NCBI GenBank assembly: GCA_046758745.1
Contig: JBHIAV010000015.1
Coordinates: 1-54,337 of the forward strand
Source: Gemmatimonadota bacterium
GTDB taxonomy: Bacteria > Gemmatimonadota > Gemmatimonadetes > Palauibacterales > Palauibacteraceae
Direction: 5' to 3'
Length of the DNA: 54,337 nt
Below, piece by piece: positions 1 to 9,557 of the stretch. How positions within the stretch are numbered: the first letter of the stretch is position 1; the number at the start of each line of letters is the position of its first letter. The translations under genes and the position numbers were made by a program. The notes beneath the pieces were generated by a model, which was given only the letters and a program-made list of their open reading frames with translations, did not search any database and was not told the origin of the DNA.

Positions 1-24
1 CCGGTTCGATCCCGGTCGGCTCCA
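1..24 (+). tRNA. 3' end of a tRNA, probably tRNA-Ala (tmRNA 3' end not excluded); truncated by window edge
   Basis: T-arm CCGG-TTCGATC-CCGG(T), then acceptor strand CGGCTCC and discriminator A, compatible with a GGGGCCG 5' strand carrying the G3:U70 Ala determinant. CCA is not encoded (CTA follows). Confidence 0.75.
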
Positions 25-259
25 CTACGTCCACTCGGGCGCCGTGCTGGAGCCGGCTTCGAGCTGGGGTGAGTCGCTGGCTGGCTCCCGCTGCCTGTGG
101 TAGGAGTGCTACGCCTCGACGTGGTATCGTCCGATAACACCAGTGGTCATTGTCAGTTACACTTAGGTACCCAGGTTGCAACTACAGCAAGGGAGTGGCG
201 AGACTCGGCGTTGTTCGTCGAAGCTCTACAGAGCGAATCGATCCCCTGGAGCGATCCGT

Positions 260-562
260 ATGGCCGACGAAGGCTTCGGAGTCACCGACCCGGACGCGCT
301 CCTCGTTCGAGCGGCACAGAGTCATGAAGCGAAGCGCCTGTTGAGCCTCTTCCTGGGGTACCCCTGGGAACACATCGATGCGCACCTCCCGGCGATCCTT
401 CTCGAGGCCGTGCAACGACTCCCGGAGCGCGGCGGCCTCAGGCGGGAAAAGGACAGGATCATCGCCCGATCGATCGCGCGGCTCATCGCGGAGGTGCCGC
501 ACACGGATCCGCGTCGCTCGGAAATCCGGCGCACTCTGACCAGCCGCCTCCACCGCTCCTAG
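260..562 (+). CDS. hypothetical helical protein (100 aa)
   Basis: ATG at 260 after GGAG; protein-like composition, unlike the Arg/Pro-rich shadow frames; no motif recognised. Confidence 0.55.
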   Translation: MADEGFGVTDPDALLVRAAQSHEAKRLLSLFLGYPWEHIDAHLPAILLEAVQRLPERGGLRREKDRIIARSIARLIAEVPHTDPRRSEIRRTLTSRLHRS

Positions 563-707
563 GGATCACTCCCGCCTGGACCCGTTCCGTGCTGTTCGCG
601 CCGATGCCCATGGCTCGGCCAACGGCCCGGCGCACTGTCTCGGAGCTGGGGCGGGGAATAGCTTTCGAATTTTGGCTTTCCACCGCGACAGGTCGGGACA
701 GGCGACG

Positions 708-1532
708 ATGCAGGCTTGGCAGAAGCCCGACGCCCAGTGGCGCTCGTACGATCGGGGCGCCGTGCTCTTCGATCGGATCACGGTCCCCCACATATTTGCC
801 CGGCCTGCCAGGGACCTCATCGGACTGTTGAGCCCGGTCGCCGGGGGAGTGCTGCTGGACGTCGGCACTGGAACCGGGGTCGGCGCGCTTGAAGCTCGCT
901 CCGCGATGGGGGGCGGCGGCACCGTGGTCGGAGTGGACCCTTCGCTGGAGATGCTGCTGAGGGCCTCGACCAAAGGCTTGTCGGCCGTGGTCGTGGGCAG
1001 GGCTCCCGGGCTCCCGCACCGGGACGCCGTCTTCGACGCCGTCCTGGCGAGCTTTGTGCTCAGCCACATCGCGAGCTGCGAGCTGGCCCTCGCCGACATG
1101 GTTCGGGTCCTCATGCCCGGCGGCAAGCTCGGCGTTTCCGCCTGGGGTCCGGGAGGGAGGGAGGACCAGCCGATCTGGAGGGCCGCGGTGAGCTCGTTCG
1201 TCCCTCTGGACATCCTCGACCGGAAGGCGGAGGAGGCACTTCCTCGGCATGAGTGGCTCTCGGACGCGGACAACCTGACGGCGGCGCTCCGGAATGCCGG
1301 CCTGGAAGCGGTCTGTCTGCGGTTTCGAGACTACACGGTGAGAATGAGCGTGGCGGATTATATTGGATACAGAGGAGCCTCTCTGTACGGCAGGTTCATG
1401 CGCGAGCGGCTCGGCGCCGAGGGGTGGAACGACTTCGCGCGGGAGGCCGCCGAATCGCTTCGCAGCAGCTTCGGGGAGACGGTCGAGTTCTCGACCCCCG
1501 CGTATCTGGCGGCGGGCACCAAGCCCGCCTGA
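708..1532 (+). CDS. class I SAM-dependent methyltransferase (UbiE/Methyltransf_11-like)
   Basis: LLDVGTGTG motif I, VVGVDPS, FDAVLASFVL, MVRVLMPGG. Confidence 0.88.
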   Translation: MQAWQKPDAQWRSYDRGAVLFDRITVPHIFARPARDLIGLLSPVAGGVLLDVGTGTGVGALEARSAMGGGGTVVGVDPSLEMLLRASTKGLSAVVVGRAPGLPHRDAVFDAVLASFVLSHIASCELALADMVRVLMPGGKLGVSAWGPGGREDQPIWRAAVSSFVPLDILDRKAEEALPRHEWLSDADNLTAALRNAGLEAVCLRFRDYTVRMSVADYIGYRGASLYGRFMRERLGAEGWNDFAREAAESLRSSFGETVEFSTPAYLAAGTKPA

Positions 1533-1633
1533 TCACACGTGAGCGCTGTGCGTAAGGTATGTGCCAGCGACCTGCTTCGAGGATGTCCATGAGGACCTGC
1601 CATCCCGCGCGGGCCGCCCAGCCGGCATGGCGG

Positions 1634-2191
1634 GTGACGAACCTCACCTGCCTCGCGCTCGCTCTTCTGTGGACCGCCTGCACCCTCCCCGACCGGTCTG
1701 GTGACACGGAGTACGAGCCCGCCGGAGAGAAGCCGCAGGGAACCGAACTGGTTGCGGTCTACATCGGCTCGTCCACCTGTGCGCCCTGCCAGACGCCGGA
1801 GCTCAAGGCCGCCATCCGCCAGATGAAGGACGAGCTGTCCCGCCGAGCGGAGGGGGAGGGCCGCCGCTTCTACGCGATCGGCGTGGCTCTCGACTGGTCC
1901 ATCGAGGACGGCATGGAGCTGTTACGCAGCACGGCAACGTTCGACGAGATCCTGGTGGGGCGGAACTGGCTCAATACCGGCGCGATCGAGCACATCTGGT
2001 CGGATCCCGGGACCCGACAGCTGATCCCTCAGGTGATCGTCTTCGAGAGAGAGGTCAGGTGGGGCAGCCAGGAGATCGAGCTAGGGCCCAAGCGCGTCCT
2101 ACGGCGAGTCGGCGGCGGCGGGGAGATCTCCGAGTGGGTGGAGGCGGGAGCGCCGCTTTCCGCGGATCCGGCTCCGGCGGGCGGCGCGTAG
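1634..2191 (+). CDS. putative lipoprotein with thioredoxin-like CxxC motif
   Basis: Hydrophobic signal ending LWTA-C; VAVYIGSSTCAPC; IPQVIVF (cis-Pro-like). Start approximate. Confidence 0.7.
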   Translation: MTNLTCLALALLWTACTLPDRSGDTEYEPAGEKPQGTELVAVYIGSSTCAPCQTPELKAAIRQMKDELSRRAEGEGRRFYAIGVALDWSIEDGMELLRSTATFDEILVGRNWLNTGAIEHIWSDPGTRQLIPQVIVFEREVRWGSQEIELGPKRVLRRVGGGGEISEWVEAGAPLSADPAPAGGA

Positions 2192-2279
2192 CCCGCTCTT
2201 TTCCGGCTCCGTCGCGGCACTGAGCGGAGGCCGGGTTTCCACCCCAAACCACATGCCACGCGGGAAGCCTGCCGCGCCC

Positions 2280-3341
2280 TCAGTGGCCATGCAGCTTCCG
2301 CGGGGCGTCCAGCGTGTTCCTGAGATCGGCCACGTACATCGGGCTCTCCGCATCGAGCTCCGGCCACTCGGCGTCCCCGGAGGCGAGGATCACTCCGCCG
2401 ATCTCCCCCATGCCGGGCTCGGGGTCGTAGCTGTCGGTCGGGTTGTCGTACGCGACCACGATTCGGTACTCGTGGTCCTTGTAGATCTTCGCACCGCCGC
2501 GCCACCACAGGTGCTCGGTCGTCACGCTCTGCACGTGGCCCTCCGCATCCCGATTCGGCTCCGTCTCCCACACGACTTTCCCCAACGTCACGTCCTCGAG
2601 CCGAATGAATCGGGCATGGTCATGCAGATGAGCCCCGATGGCGAGGATGCGGCCGTCGATGGCCGGACTCCCGGTCCACGACCGAACGGTTCCGCCCGGG
2701 GGAATGCGAAACGACTTCGGACCCACGGGGCCCATCACGTCCAGGTAGAAGGGGTATACATCGCGCGGCCGGATCAGGCCGTCCGACTCCAGGCTGTAGA
2801 AGAGGCGCACGTGAAGATACACCTGCTCGTAGTCGCGCTCGGTCGGACGGGCGAACATCGCGCTCACCAGGACGCGTGTCCCGGACTCGACCGGGTATCC
2901 GAGCAGACGGGGCATCTCCTGTCTGGTCGTCTCCCGGCCGGCGGCCATGATGCGACGCGGAATCGGGGAAAAGAGCTCCCGTCGATCGGGGTCGATCAGG
3001 TTGATGTGATGGAGCAGATCGTCGGGCAGCCTGTGCCCACGGGAGTCGGTGATCTCCCACTCGAAGCCGTGGAGCCATCCTTCGAGCGGTAGCTCGACCA
3101 GCTGGATCGGAAGGCGGACGTGATGGCCCTCGGTGGAGAGCTCGGCCGGTCCGACTACCATTTCGAGAACTCTTTCTTCCCGGTGGTCGATGATCTCTAC
3201 GAGCTCGTCGCTCCCGACCGGAAGGCGGGGGGGCGTCTGCGCGGCGGCGAGCTCCGGCGACCGGAGACCAGATGCCGAGCACAGGACAGCGACCAGGCCG
3301 AGAAGCGCGCGCGCGTCACGGCCGCTCCCTGGATTGTTCAA
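2280..3341 (-). CDS. secreted hypothetical protein with copper type II monooxygenase-like His/Met motifs
   Basis: TTG start after GGAGG; signal-like segment; LLHHIN, GAHLHDH, YDN...GMG. Confidence 0.65.
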   Translation of the reverse strand: MNNPGSGRDARALLGLVAVLCSASGLRSPELAAAQTPPRLPVGSDELVEIIDHREERVLEMVVGPAELSTEGHHVRLPIQLVELPLEGWLHGFEWEITDSRGHRLPDDLLHHINLIDPDRRELFSPIPRRIMAAGRETTRQEMPRLLGYPVESGTRVLVSAMFARPTERDYEQVYLHVRLFYSLESDGLIRPRDVYPFYLDVMGPVGPKSFRIPPGGTVRSWTGSPAIDGRILAIGAHLHDHARFIRLEDVTLGKVVWETEPNRDAEGHVQSVTTEHLWWRGGAKIYKDHEYRIVVAYDNPTDSYDPEPGMGEIGGVILASGDAEWPELDAESPMYVADLRNTLDAPRKLHGH

Positions 3342-3420
3342 ATCTCCCTCCCGAAAGTCGAACTTCCACTTCGGCCTTCCACCTCGGCCGCTCACCGGCC
3401 TTCCGCAGCGGCGGAACTTC

Positions 3421-3558
3421 TTGCAGCGACGAAAATATGCAGCCGGCCTCTCACAGCGCGAGCTCGCCGCCATAACGGGCCTCTCCTTCTCCGCCGTCCG
3501 GAAGCGGCTCGAGCGGCTTCGCGCCCGTCTCAGAGCACGCGCAGCGGCGGCAAGCTAG
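3421..3558 (+). pseudogene. isolated sigma-70 region 4 (ECF C-terminal HTH) fragment
   Basis: KYAAGLSQRELAAITGLSFSAVRKRLERLRARLR matches the ECF region 4 pattern; no region 2 upstream and no SD. Confidence 0.5.
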
Positions 3559-3678
3559 CTCGGGCGAGGGAGCCGCGGCGTCCCCCCGAGCGCTCGTCCC
3601 ATACGGGAACGCACGGCCGAAGCGCGCTGTTCCTATAGACACGACGTTGATGATTCGAGGTCTCGCCCATCCATCAAG

Positions 3679-6600
3679 ATGCCCGTGCTGACAGCCATCC
3701 GTAGCTGGTCGAAGTCTCTCACGGACATCCGGCGCGATGAGATCGTGCCGGTGGCTCTGATGTTCGTGTACGGCTTTCTGGCGCTCACGTCGTATTACGT
3801 CCTGAAGCCCGTCCGGAACTCCGTGTTCGTGGACCGGGTGGGCGCCGACAACCTTCCCTTCGTCTACATCCTCACGGCTATATTCGTCGCCGTGGTGATG
3901 CTGGGCTACTCGCGGTACGTGGATCGCGTTCGCCAGCTCCCGCTACTGCTCGGAACCTTCGCGTTTCTCGCCTCGAACCTGATCCTCTTCTGGTGGCTGC
4001 TGAGGGATGACTCCTTCGTCGTGTCAGGCGCGTTCTACATCTGGGGCAAGCTGTACCCCCTTCTGGTGGTCAGTCAGTACTGGCTGGTGGGCAACCTGCT
4101 GTTCAGCACCCGCCAGGCACGACGTCTGTTCGGTATCATCGGCCTCGGCCCGATCCTCGGCGGCGTGGCCGGCAGCACGATCTCGGGCTTCGTGGCAACT
4201 CTGGTAGGAACCCGAACGTTGCTGCTCATGGCGGCGCTTATCCTTCTCCCCTGTGCTGCTCTCGTCGTCGTGCTGGGCCCGCGCATGAAGAACGTCGGGG
4301 CGGCGAGCGGTCGCCTCATGAGGGACATCTCGGGAGATGCGGTTCGCCTGCTTCGGCAGTCGTCCCACCTCAAGACGATCGCCTTGATACTCGGCCTGAC
4401 GATCGTGGTGGGGACCCTCATCGACTGGCAGTTCAACAGCGCCGTCGAGGCCTTCGTCCCCGGCGAAGACCAGAAGACGGCCTTCTTCGGACGGTTCTTC
4501 GCCCTCCTCAATGTGGGATCGGTTCTCGTCCAACTGTTCCTGACCGGTTTCGTATTGAGGAAGTTCGGGATCGGCCTTGCCATGCTCGCGCTGCCGGTCG
4601 GTCTCCTGGTCACCAGCGTCGGGCTGTTCGTGGCGCCCGTGCTTCTCACGGCGGCGTTGATGAAGGGCATGGAGGGCGGGATGCGGTATTCGCTGGATCA
4701 GTCGACGCGCGAGCTTCTCTACCTGCCCGTCCCGACGGACGTGAAGTACAAGGTGAAGCCCCTCATCGACATGGCGGTGTACCGCGGGGGAACCGGGATC
4801 GGCGGCCTGCTGCTGCTGCTGACCGTGCGATACCTGGGCTTCTCGATACGTCATGTGGCCATCCTGTCGGTCTTCCTCATCGTAGCATGGGTGGCGGCGA
4901 CGCTCCGCATGAGAGGAGAGTTCCGGGAGTCGATCAAGCGGCTGATCGGGGTGCGAGACGTCGATCTCGAAGACCTGATCGTTCAGCGGTTGAACGCGGA
5001 GACGATCACCGAGCTGCGGGCCGTGCTCGCCCACGGGGACGAGCAGGAGGTGCTGTACGCGCTCACCCTCATCGAGCACCATGCCTCCGGTGAGCTCGTG
5101 TCCGACCTGCAGCGCCTCCTGGAGCACGAGTCCGCTCCCGTGAGGGCGCGCGCCCTGGCGAGGCTGTACGAGATCGGAGAGGCCGGCGCGCTGCCGGACG
5201 TATTCCCGCTACTGCAGGATCCGTCCCTGCTGGTCCGCGTCGAAGCGATTCACTTCGTGTGCCGCTACGGCAGGCTGGATGCCGACAGGCAGATGGATGA
5301 GTTCCTCCAGCATCCTGACAGCGCCGTCCGGCTGGCGGCGCTCGCCTGCCCTCTGCAGTCCGACAGTCCCGATCTGACCCAGAGGGAAAGGGCGGAGCAG
5401 GCGCTGGCCGCGGCGGCGCGCTCTCCATCGGCGGCGGAGCGCCGAGACGTGGCTAGGGAGCTGTCGCAGCTCGAGTCGCTCTCGCCGAGACTTCGCGAGG
5501 TGCTCGAACGGCTTCTCGCCGACTCGGCGGAGGCGGTGCGGCACGAGGCGATGCGCGCGGTGGGTGCCGCTCAGAGCCGTGAGTTCATCCCGACGCTGGT
5601 GAGTCAGATCTGCTGTGGGAGCGACCGCGAGGTCGCGCGCGCCGCGCTCGCTCAGTTCGGGCCGGAAGCTCACGAGCAGCTCATCGAGATCCTTCGGGAT
5701 CCGGCCGTCCCGGAGCGGGCTCGCATCGAGATCCCCCCGCTTCTGTATCGCAAAGCGGACCAGCGGACCGTCGATGTGCTGTTCGAGACTCTTCACGAGG
5801 CGCCGCCGCCGATCCGCTTCCGGATCTTGAAGACGCTGGACAAGCTGCGCCGGGATCGCGATGACCTCGTCTTCGAGCAGCTCGTTATCCGACCACTCGT
5901 GCGTCGCGAGGTCGCAGAGGGATACCGCTGGGCAGCCGCGCTGCACGTGCTGGTAGCCGGCAACGGGCGGCCCGATTCTCTGCTCACCGCATCGCTCCGC
6001 CAGCGCAGCGACGAGGCGGCAGAGCGTGCGCTTCGGGTGCTCGGCCTTCACTATCCGCTGGAGGACCTGTACGCGGCTTACACGGGGCTGCAGTCGGCCG
6101 ATCCCCTCATGCGCAGCCGCGGTTTCGAGCTTCTGGACAACACGCTGCCGCGGGAGTACCGGCAGCTCTTCGATCCTCTGCTCAACCCGGACGAGTCTCT
6201 GGCGTCGCGCGCGGCGGCGGCGACGCGGTTCGGGATACGGCTCTCGGACCGGAGAGAGACGATGGCGACGCTGGCTGCCGGGGATGATCGCTGGGTCGCC
6301 GCACTCACGTGTATCGAGCTGGGGTGCGGAGAACCGAAGCCGCCGGCTGTAGCGCCCCCACCGTTTCATGTCCACTCGCTCGCCGAATCAGTGATCGGCA
6401 TGAGCCAAGCCGAGTCGGCTCTGGAGGAAAAGATGTTAATGGCGACGACGATAGAGAAGGCGGAGGTGATCCGTCGCACCGATCTGTTCGGTCACCTCCG
6501 CACGAAGGATCAGGCGATCGTGGCTGCGCTGGCCGACGAGCGCGAGTACGAGGCAGGAGAGGTGATCTTCGAAGAGGGGGAGGCGAGCACGGAGCTGCTG

Positions 6601-6873
6601 ATCGTGGTCGAGGGCCGCATCACCGCGCGCCGGGACTGCTGCGACATCTTCTTCGCGGAGGCCGGGGAGACGGTAGGCGACCTGGCGCTGCTCGACGGCC
6701 TTCCGAGAAACTACCAGGCGGTGGCGACCGAGCCGACCCGGGTGCTGGTGCTCGAGCGTGAAGCCTTCTTCAACCTATTGGAAGAGCGCTTCCAGATCGT
6801 TCGAGATGTACTCGCTCACATCTCCGGGGTAGTGCGAAAGCTGAACGTCCACGAAGCCCAGCGGAGGTGCTGA
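3679..6873 (+). CDS. Npt1/TLC-like nucleotide transporter (MFS) fused to HEAT repeats and a C-terminal cyclic-nucleotide-binding domain
   Basis: About 12 TM segments with SYYVLKPVRNSVF, RYSLDQSTRELLYLPVP and KVKPLIDMAVYR; HEAT-like repeats (VRARAL, VRVEAI, VRHEAM); cNMP motif IFEEGE...GDLALLDGLPRNYQAVA. Confidence 0.88.
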   Translation: MPVLTAIRSWSKSLTDIRRDEIVPVALMFVYGFLALTSYYVLKPVRNSVFVDRVGADNLPFVYILTAIFVAVVMLGYSRYVDRVRQLPLLLGTFAFLASNLILFWWLLRDDSFVVSGAFYIWGKLYPLLVVSQYWLVGNLLFSTRQARRLFGIIGLGPILGGVAGSTISGFVATLVGTRTLLLMAALILLPCAALVVVLGPRMKNVGAASGRLMRDISGDAVRLLRQSSHLKTIALILGLTIVVGTLIDWQFNSAVEAFVPGEDQKTAFFGRFFALLNVGSVLVQLFLTGFVLRKFGIGLAMLALPVGLLVTSVGLFVAPVLLTAALMKGMEGGMRYSLDQSTRELLYLPVPTDVKYKVKPLIDMAVYRGGTGIGGLLLLLTVRYLGFSIRHVAILSVFLIVAWVAATLRMRGEFRESIKRLIGVRDVDLEDLIVQRLNAETITELRAVLAHGDEQEVLYALTLIEHHASGELVSDLQRLLEHESAPVRARALARLYEIGEAGALPDVFPLLQDPSLLVRVEAIHFVCRYGRLDADRQMDEFLQHPDSAVRLAALACPLQSDSPDLTQRERAEQALAAAARSPSAAERRDVARELSQLESLSPRLREVLERLLADSAEAVRHEAMRAVGAAQSREFIPTLVSQICCGSDREVARAALAQFGPEAHEQLIEILRDPAVPERARIEIPPLLYRKADQRTVDVLFETLHEAPPPIRFRILKTLDKLRRDRDDLVFEQLVIRPLVRREVAEGYRWAAALHVLVAGNGRPDSLLTASLRQRSDEAAERALRVLGLHYPLEDLYAAYTGLQSADPLMRSRGFELLDNTLPREYRQLFDPLLNPDESLASRAAAATRFGIRLSDRRETMATLAAGDDRWVAALTCIELGCGEPKPPAVAPPPFHVHSLAESVIGMSQAESALEEKMLMATTIEKAEVIRRTDLFGHLRTKDQAIVAALADEREYEAGEVIFEEGEASTELLIVVEGRITARRDCCDIFFAEAGETVGDLALLDGLPRNYQAVATEPTRVLVLEREAFFNLLEERFQIVRDVLAHISGVVRKLNVHEAQRRC

Positions 6874-7093
6874 GCCGTCGCTCGAGGACGTCTACAGCAG
6901 GCCGCTGCTAGCGCAGCGGCGGGAGGGAGCGTGGTGCCGCAAGCCGGGGCAACTCGCTCCCTCCGCCCATCGCTTTCCAGCCGCTTGGCCGGCCGTTCGG
7001 CTGCACGCCACGTCTCACCCGCCGAGCCACATGCGCGACTCGGTACCCGCCACGGGGCAGCCGGTAACCCACCGCGGAGGCCGGGCGACCGAC

Positions 7094-7726
7094 CTAGAGC
7101 CGAACGCGGATGCCCGCGGTGATGGGGATCGTGACGGCTGTGTCGAACGGCTCCACATCCGACCGCAGCTGGCTGAAGACCACCGTGTCGTCCTCATCTG
7201 AGAACACGACGAACGCTTCACCGCCCACGAAGACGTTCACGTTCGGCCCTACATCGTAGCCGATCGTCAAACCGCCGTTGAGCGCGAAGTAGGTCTCCGA
7301 GAAGTCGACTGTCGTGCCGCTCACCGTGAAGTCGTCGGCGTCGATCGTCGACCCGCCTGCACCCGCATTCAGATTCAGCGTCCATCTCGTGGCTTCCGGG
7401 TCCAGCAGGCGGACAGATACGCCCGCCGTGTAGTGGAAGATGTTGAGGTCCGGCGCCTCGGGCAGCGCGCCCTCGGCATCGACTCCGCTCAAGATGTCCG
7501 CATCACCGTCGACCCGAATGGCGATGCGAGGGTGAACCCAATAGGCGATCCCGATGCCGAAGCCGGCCCCGACATCTTCCAGATCCGCCAGATCGCCCGT
7601 GGGGACGGCGATCCCGCCCTGTCCTTCGATCGTCCACCGGCTCTGAGCCCTCGCCTCCGGCGCCGCGGTCGTCAGGAGGGCTACGGCCCCAAGCACTATC
7701 GACAAGCGACGAAAGAGCTTCGACAT
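7094..7726 (-). CDS. outer-membrane beta-barrel protein (OmpA-TM/porin-like)
   Basis: Signal peptide ending ARA-Q; alternating beta-strand pattern; terminal strand AGIRVRL; GGGAG SD. Confidence 0.82.
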   Translation of the reverse strand: MSKLFRRLSIVLGAVALLTTAAPEARAQSRWTIEGQGGIAVPTGDLADLEDVGAGFGIGIAYWVHPRIAIRVDGDADILSGVDAEGALPEAPDLNIFHYTAGVSVRLLDPEATRWTLNLNAGAGGSTIDADDFTVSGTTVDFSETYFALNGGLTIGYDVGPNVNVFVGGEAFVVFSDEDDTVVFSQLRSDVEPFDTAVTIPITAGIRVRL

Positions 7727-8031
7727 TGCGTTCTCCCTTCGGTTCGATGGTTTCTCGGTGCTGCCGCGCTTCGCCTAGGAACGTCTTGGCGGCTTCGCGA
7801 GTGACACTCTCCGGACCCTTGAGCTCAGCCCAGGCAGGCAGCACGCCCTCGGGGCCCGTACGACAGCAAACCGTCCCGGGCGACGGGAAGTTCCGGGCCC
7901 CACCCCGTCCCGAGCTCGAAAGGCGCGGCGCCGGAACGCGTGGATTCCGTGAGGGGTGGAAGGCGTGAGCCTGGAGCTTCCGGGAGGCGCCGGGATCTAC
8001 CGGAGCAGGGCGCCCGAGCACGCCCCGGGGA

Positions 8032-8862
8032 CTAGCGAAGCGGGATGGTCAGCCCCAGACCGACGAACTCATCGGTCGGCGTGAAGATCCGAAAGGAGAC
8101 ACCGGATGCGTCTGATGGCGAGTGGGGTGGCCGCCAGAGAACGCTCGACGTGAAGATGCCGAGAGCGGCGCCGGCGACGACATCGGTCACCCAATGGCGG
8201 CGGTCCTGCACCCGGCTGACGGCCGTCACAGTGGCAATCGGGTAGGCCACGAAGGGTATCCATTTCGCGTCGTCCCCGAGCTCGAGAGTCAGGGTCGTGG
8301 CCAGCGCGAACACGTTCGAGGCGTGACCCGAAGGGAAAGAATGATACTCGGAGTCGAATGTCAGGGGCCGGAACACATCGGAGTGTCCGGACACCTCAGG
8401 CCGTGCCCGCCCCACTGCGATCTTGAAGACCTTCGTTACCGCCACGGTCTCGAGAACACTCTCGAGGGTGCGAAGCCCGACGCGCTGCAGCTTCGAGTCG
8501 CCGGTGGCTTTTCCAAGCAGATACGTGGCCCCGGTGAGGGCCACGTCCACGGCGGTCGTGCCCAACGCACGGGCCGTCCGTCGTAAAGCCGTGTTCCGCT
8601 CGGAGATGTCTTTGGAGAACTGGCGACTCGTGTGCTCGTCGAAGCCTTCCAGAGGCTCCACGAGCAACAGACTGCCGAGAAAGATCCCCCCCAGGATGAG
8701 GTCCGATGGCCTTTCGAACGGCTCGGCCGGGCTCTGAGCGAGAAGGCGCGTGATGCTTAAGGAGGGAAGCAAGAGCTGAGCGCAGGCAGCCAGGGCGAGA
8801 AGACCGGCCCGGACCGTTCGCCAGCGATGCCGTGGGTCTAGCCGGCAGCCCTCAGGGCACAA
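8032..8862 (-). CDS. PAP2-family phosphatase
   Basis: KIAVGRARP, SFPSGH and SRVQDRRHWVTD motifs; start uncertain. Confidence 0.88.
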   Translation of the reverse strand: MCPEGCRLDPRHRWRTVRAGLLALAACAQLLLPSLSITRLLAQSPAEPFERPSDLILGGIFLGSLLLVEPLEGFDEHTSRQFSKDISERNTALRRTARALGTTAVDVALTGATYLLGKATGDSKLQRVGLRTLESVLETVAVTKVFKIAVGRARPEVSGHSDVFRPLTFDSEYHSFPSGHASNVFALATTLTLELGDDAKWIPFVAYPIATVTAVSRVQDRRHWVTDVVAGAALGIFTSSVLWRPPHSPSDASGVSFRIFTPTDEFVGLGLTIPLR

Positions 8863-8979
8863 ACAGACGTCCCCGTGTCACACGCACCCGGACTTCTGAC
8901 AGAGAGACCTCCCGCGCGGCAGCTTTAGGCCGTGCAACCCCCCCGGCGGCGACGGATTCCCGGCCGGGGCCACTCCCCG

Positions 8980-9425
8980 CAGTCCCATATTCCGTGACCC
9001 TTCTTCGTCGAGCCGGGTCCCGGGCCCTTGCCATCGGCGCGTCATGGAAAAGACACCTCGGGGACGCGGAACTCAAGAGGACATCGCTCGAGCGGCAGCT
9101 CGATCTGGAGGGCTGCCTCAGTCTGCCGGGCGTCGCAGCGTATGTGCCACGCTCCACCCATGTGACGGTGCGCGGGACAGCCCGTACTGGACACTTCGTC
9201 AGCTTCGAGGCGGGAGGTCTGCTCGCACGAATCCTTCAGCACCAGATCGACCACCTCGACGGCATCCTGCTGTGGGACCACGTCCCACCCCTCGAGCGAT
9301 CGCGCCTTCAGAGGCTCGTGAGACAGGCGCCCCCGAGCTGCTCGTTGCCGGATAGAAGGGTCGAAGTCGGCCCAGGCGATCTCTCCGTGCATGGGCGAGA
9401 GGTCCCCGCGACGACAACCGCATAG
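8980..9425 (+). pseudogene. def: degenerate or truncated peptide deformylase
   Basis: EGCLSLPG at 9108 and ARILQHQIDHLDG at about 9225-9263 are present; the N-terminal GxGxAAxQ motif is absent and the catalytic Glu is Gln. Confidence 0.7.
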
Positions 9426-9557
9426 AGCCGACCCACTCCGCCTCGGGGGCGGCGCCGGACAGCCCATCGGCCCCGCCGCCATGCCCGCAGGCGACAGGCT
9501 CACTACATTGCGGGCTGACCGGTTCGGGGGTCGTCGGGCAAGCCAAGGGGAGGAGAA

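Noticed and set aside
1-24. attR of an active integrated element
   Set aside because: No integrase in the window and no second copy noticed; the window edge prevents telling a full tRNA from a duplicated 3' end.
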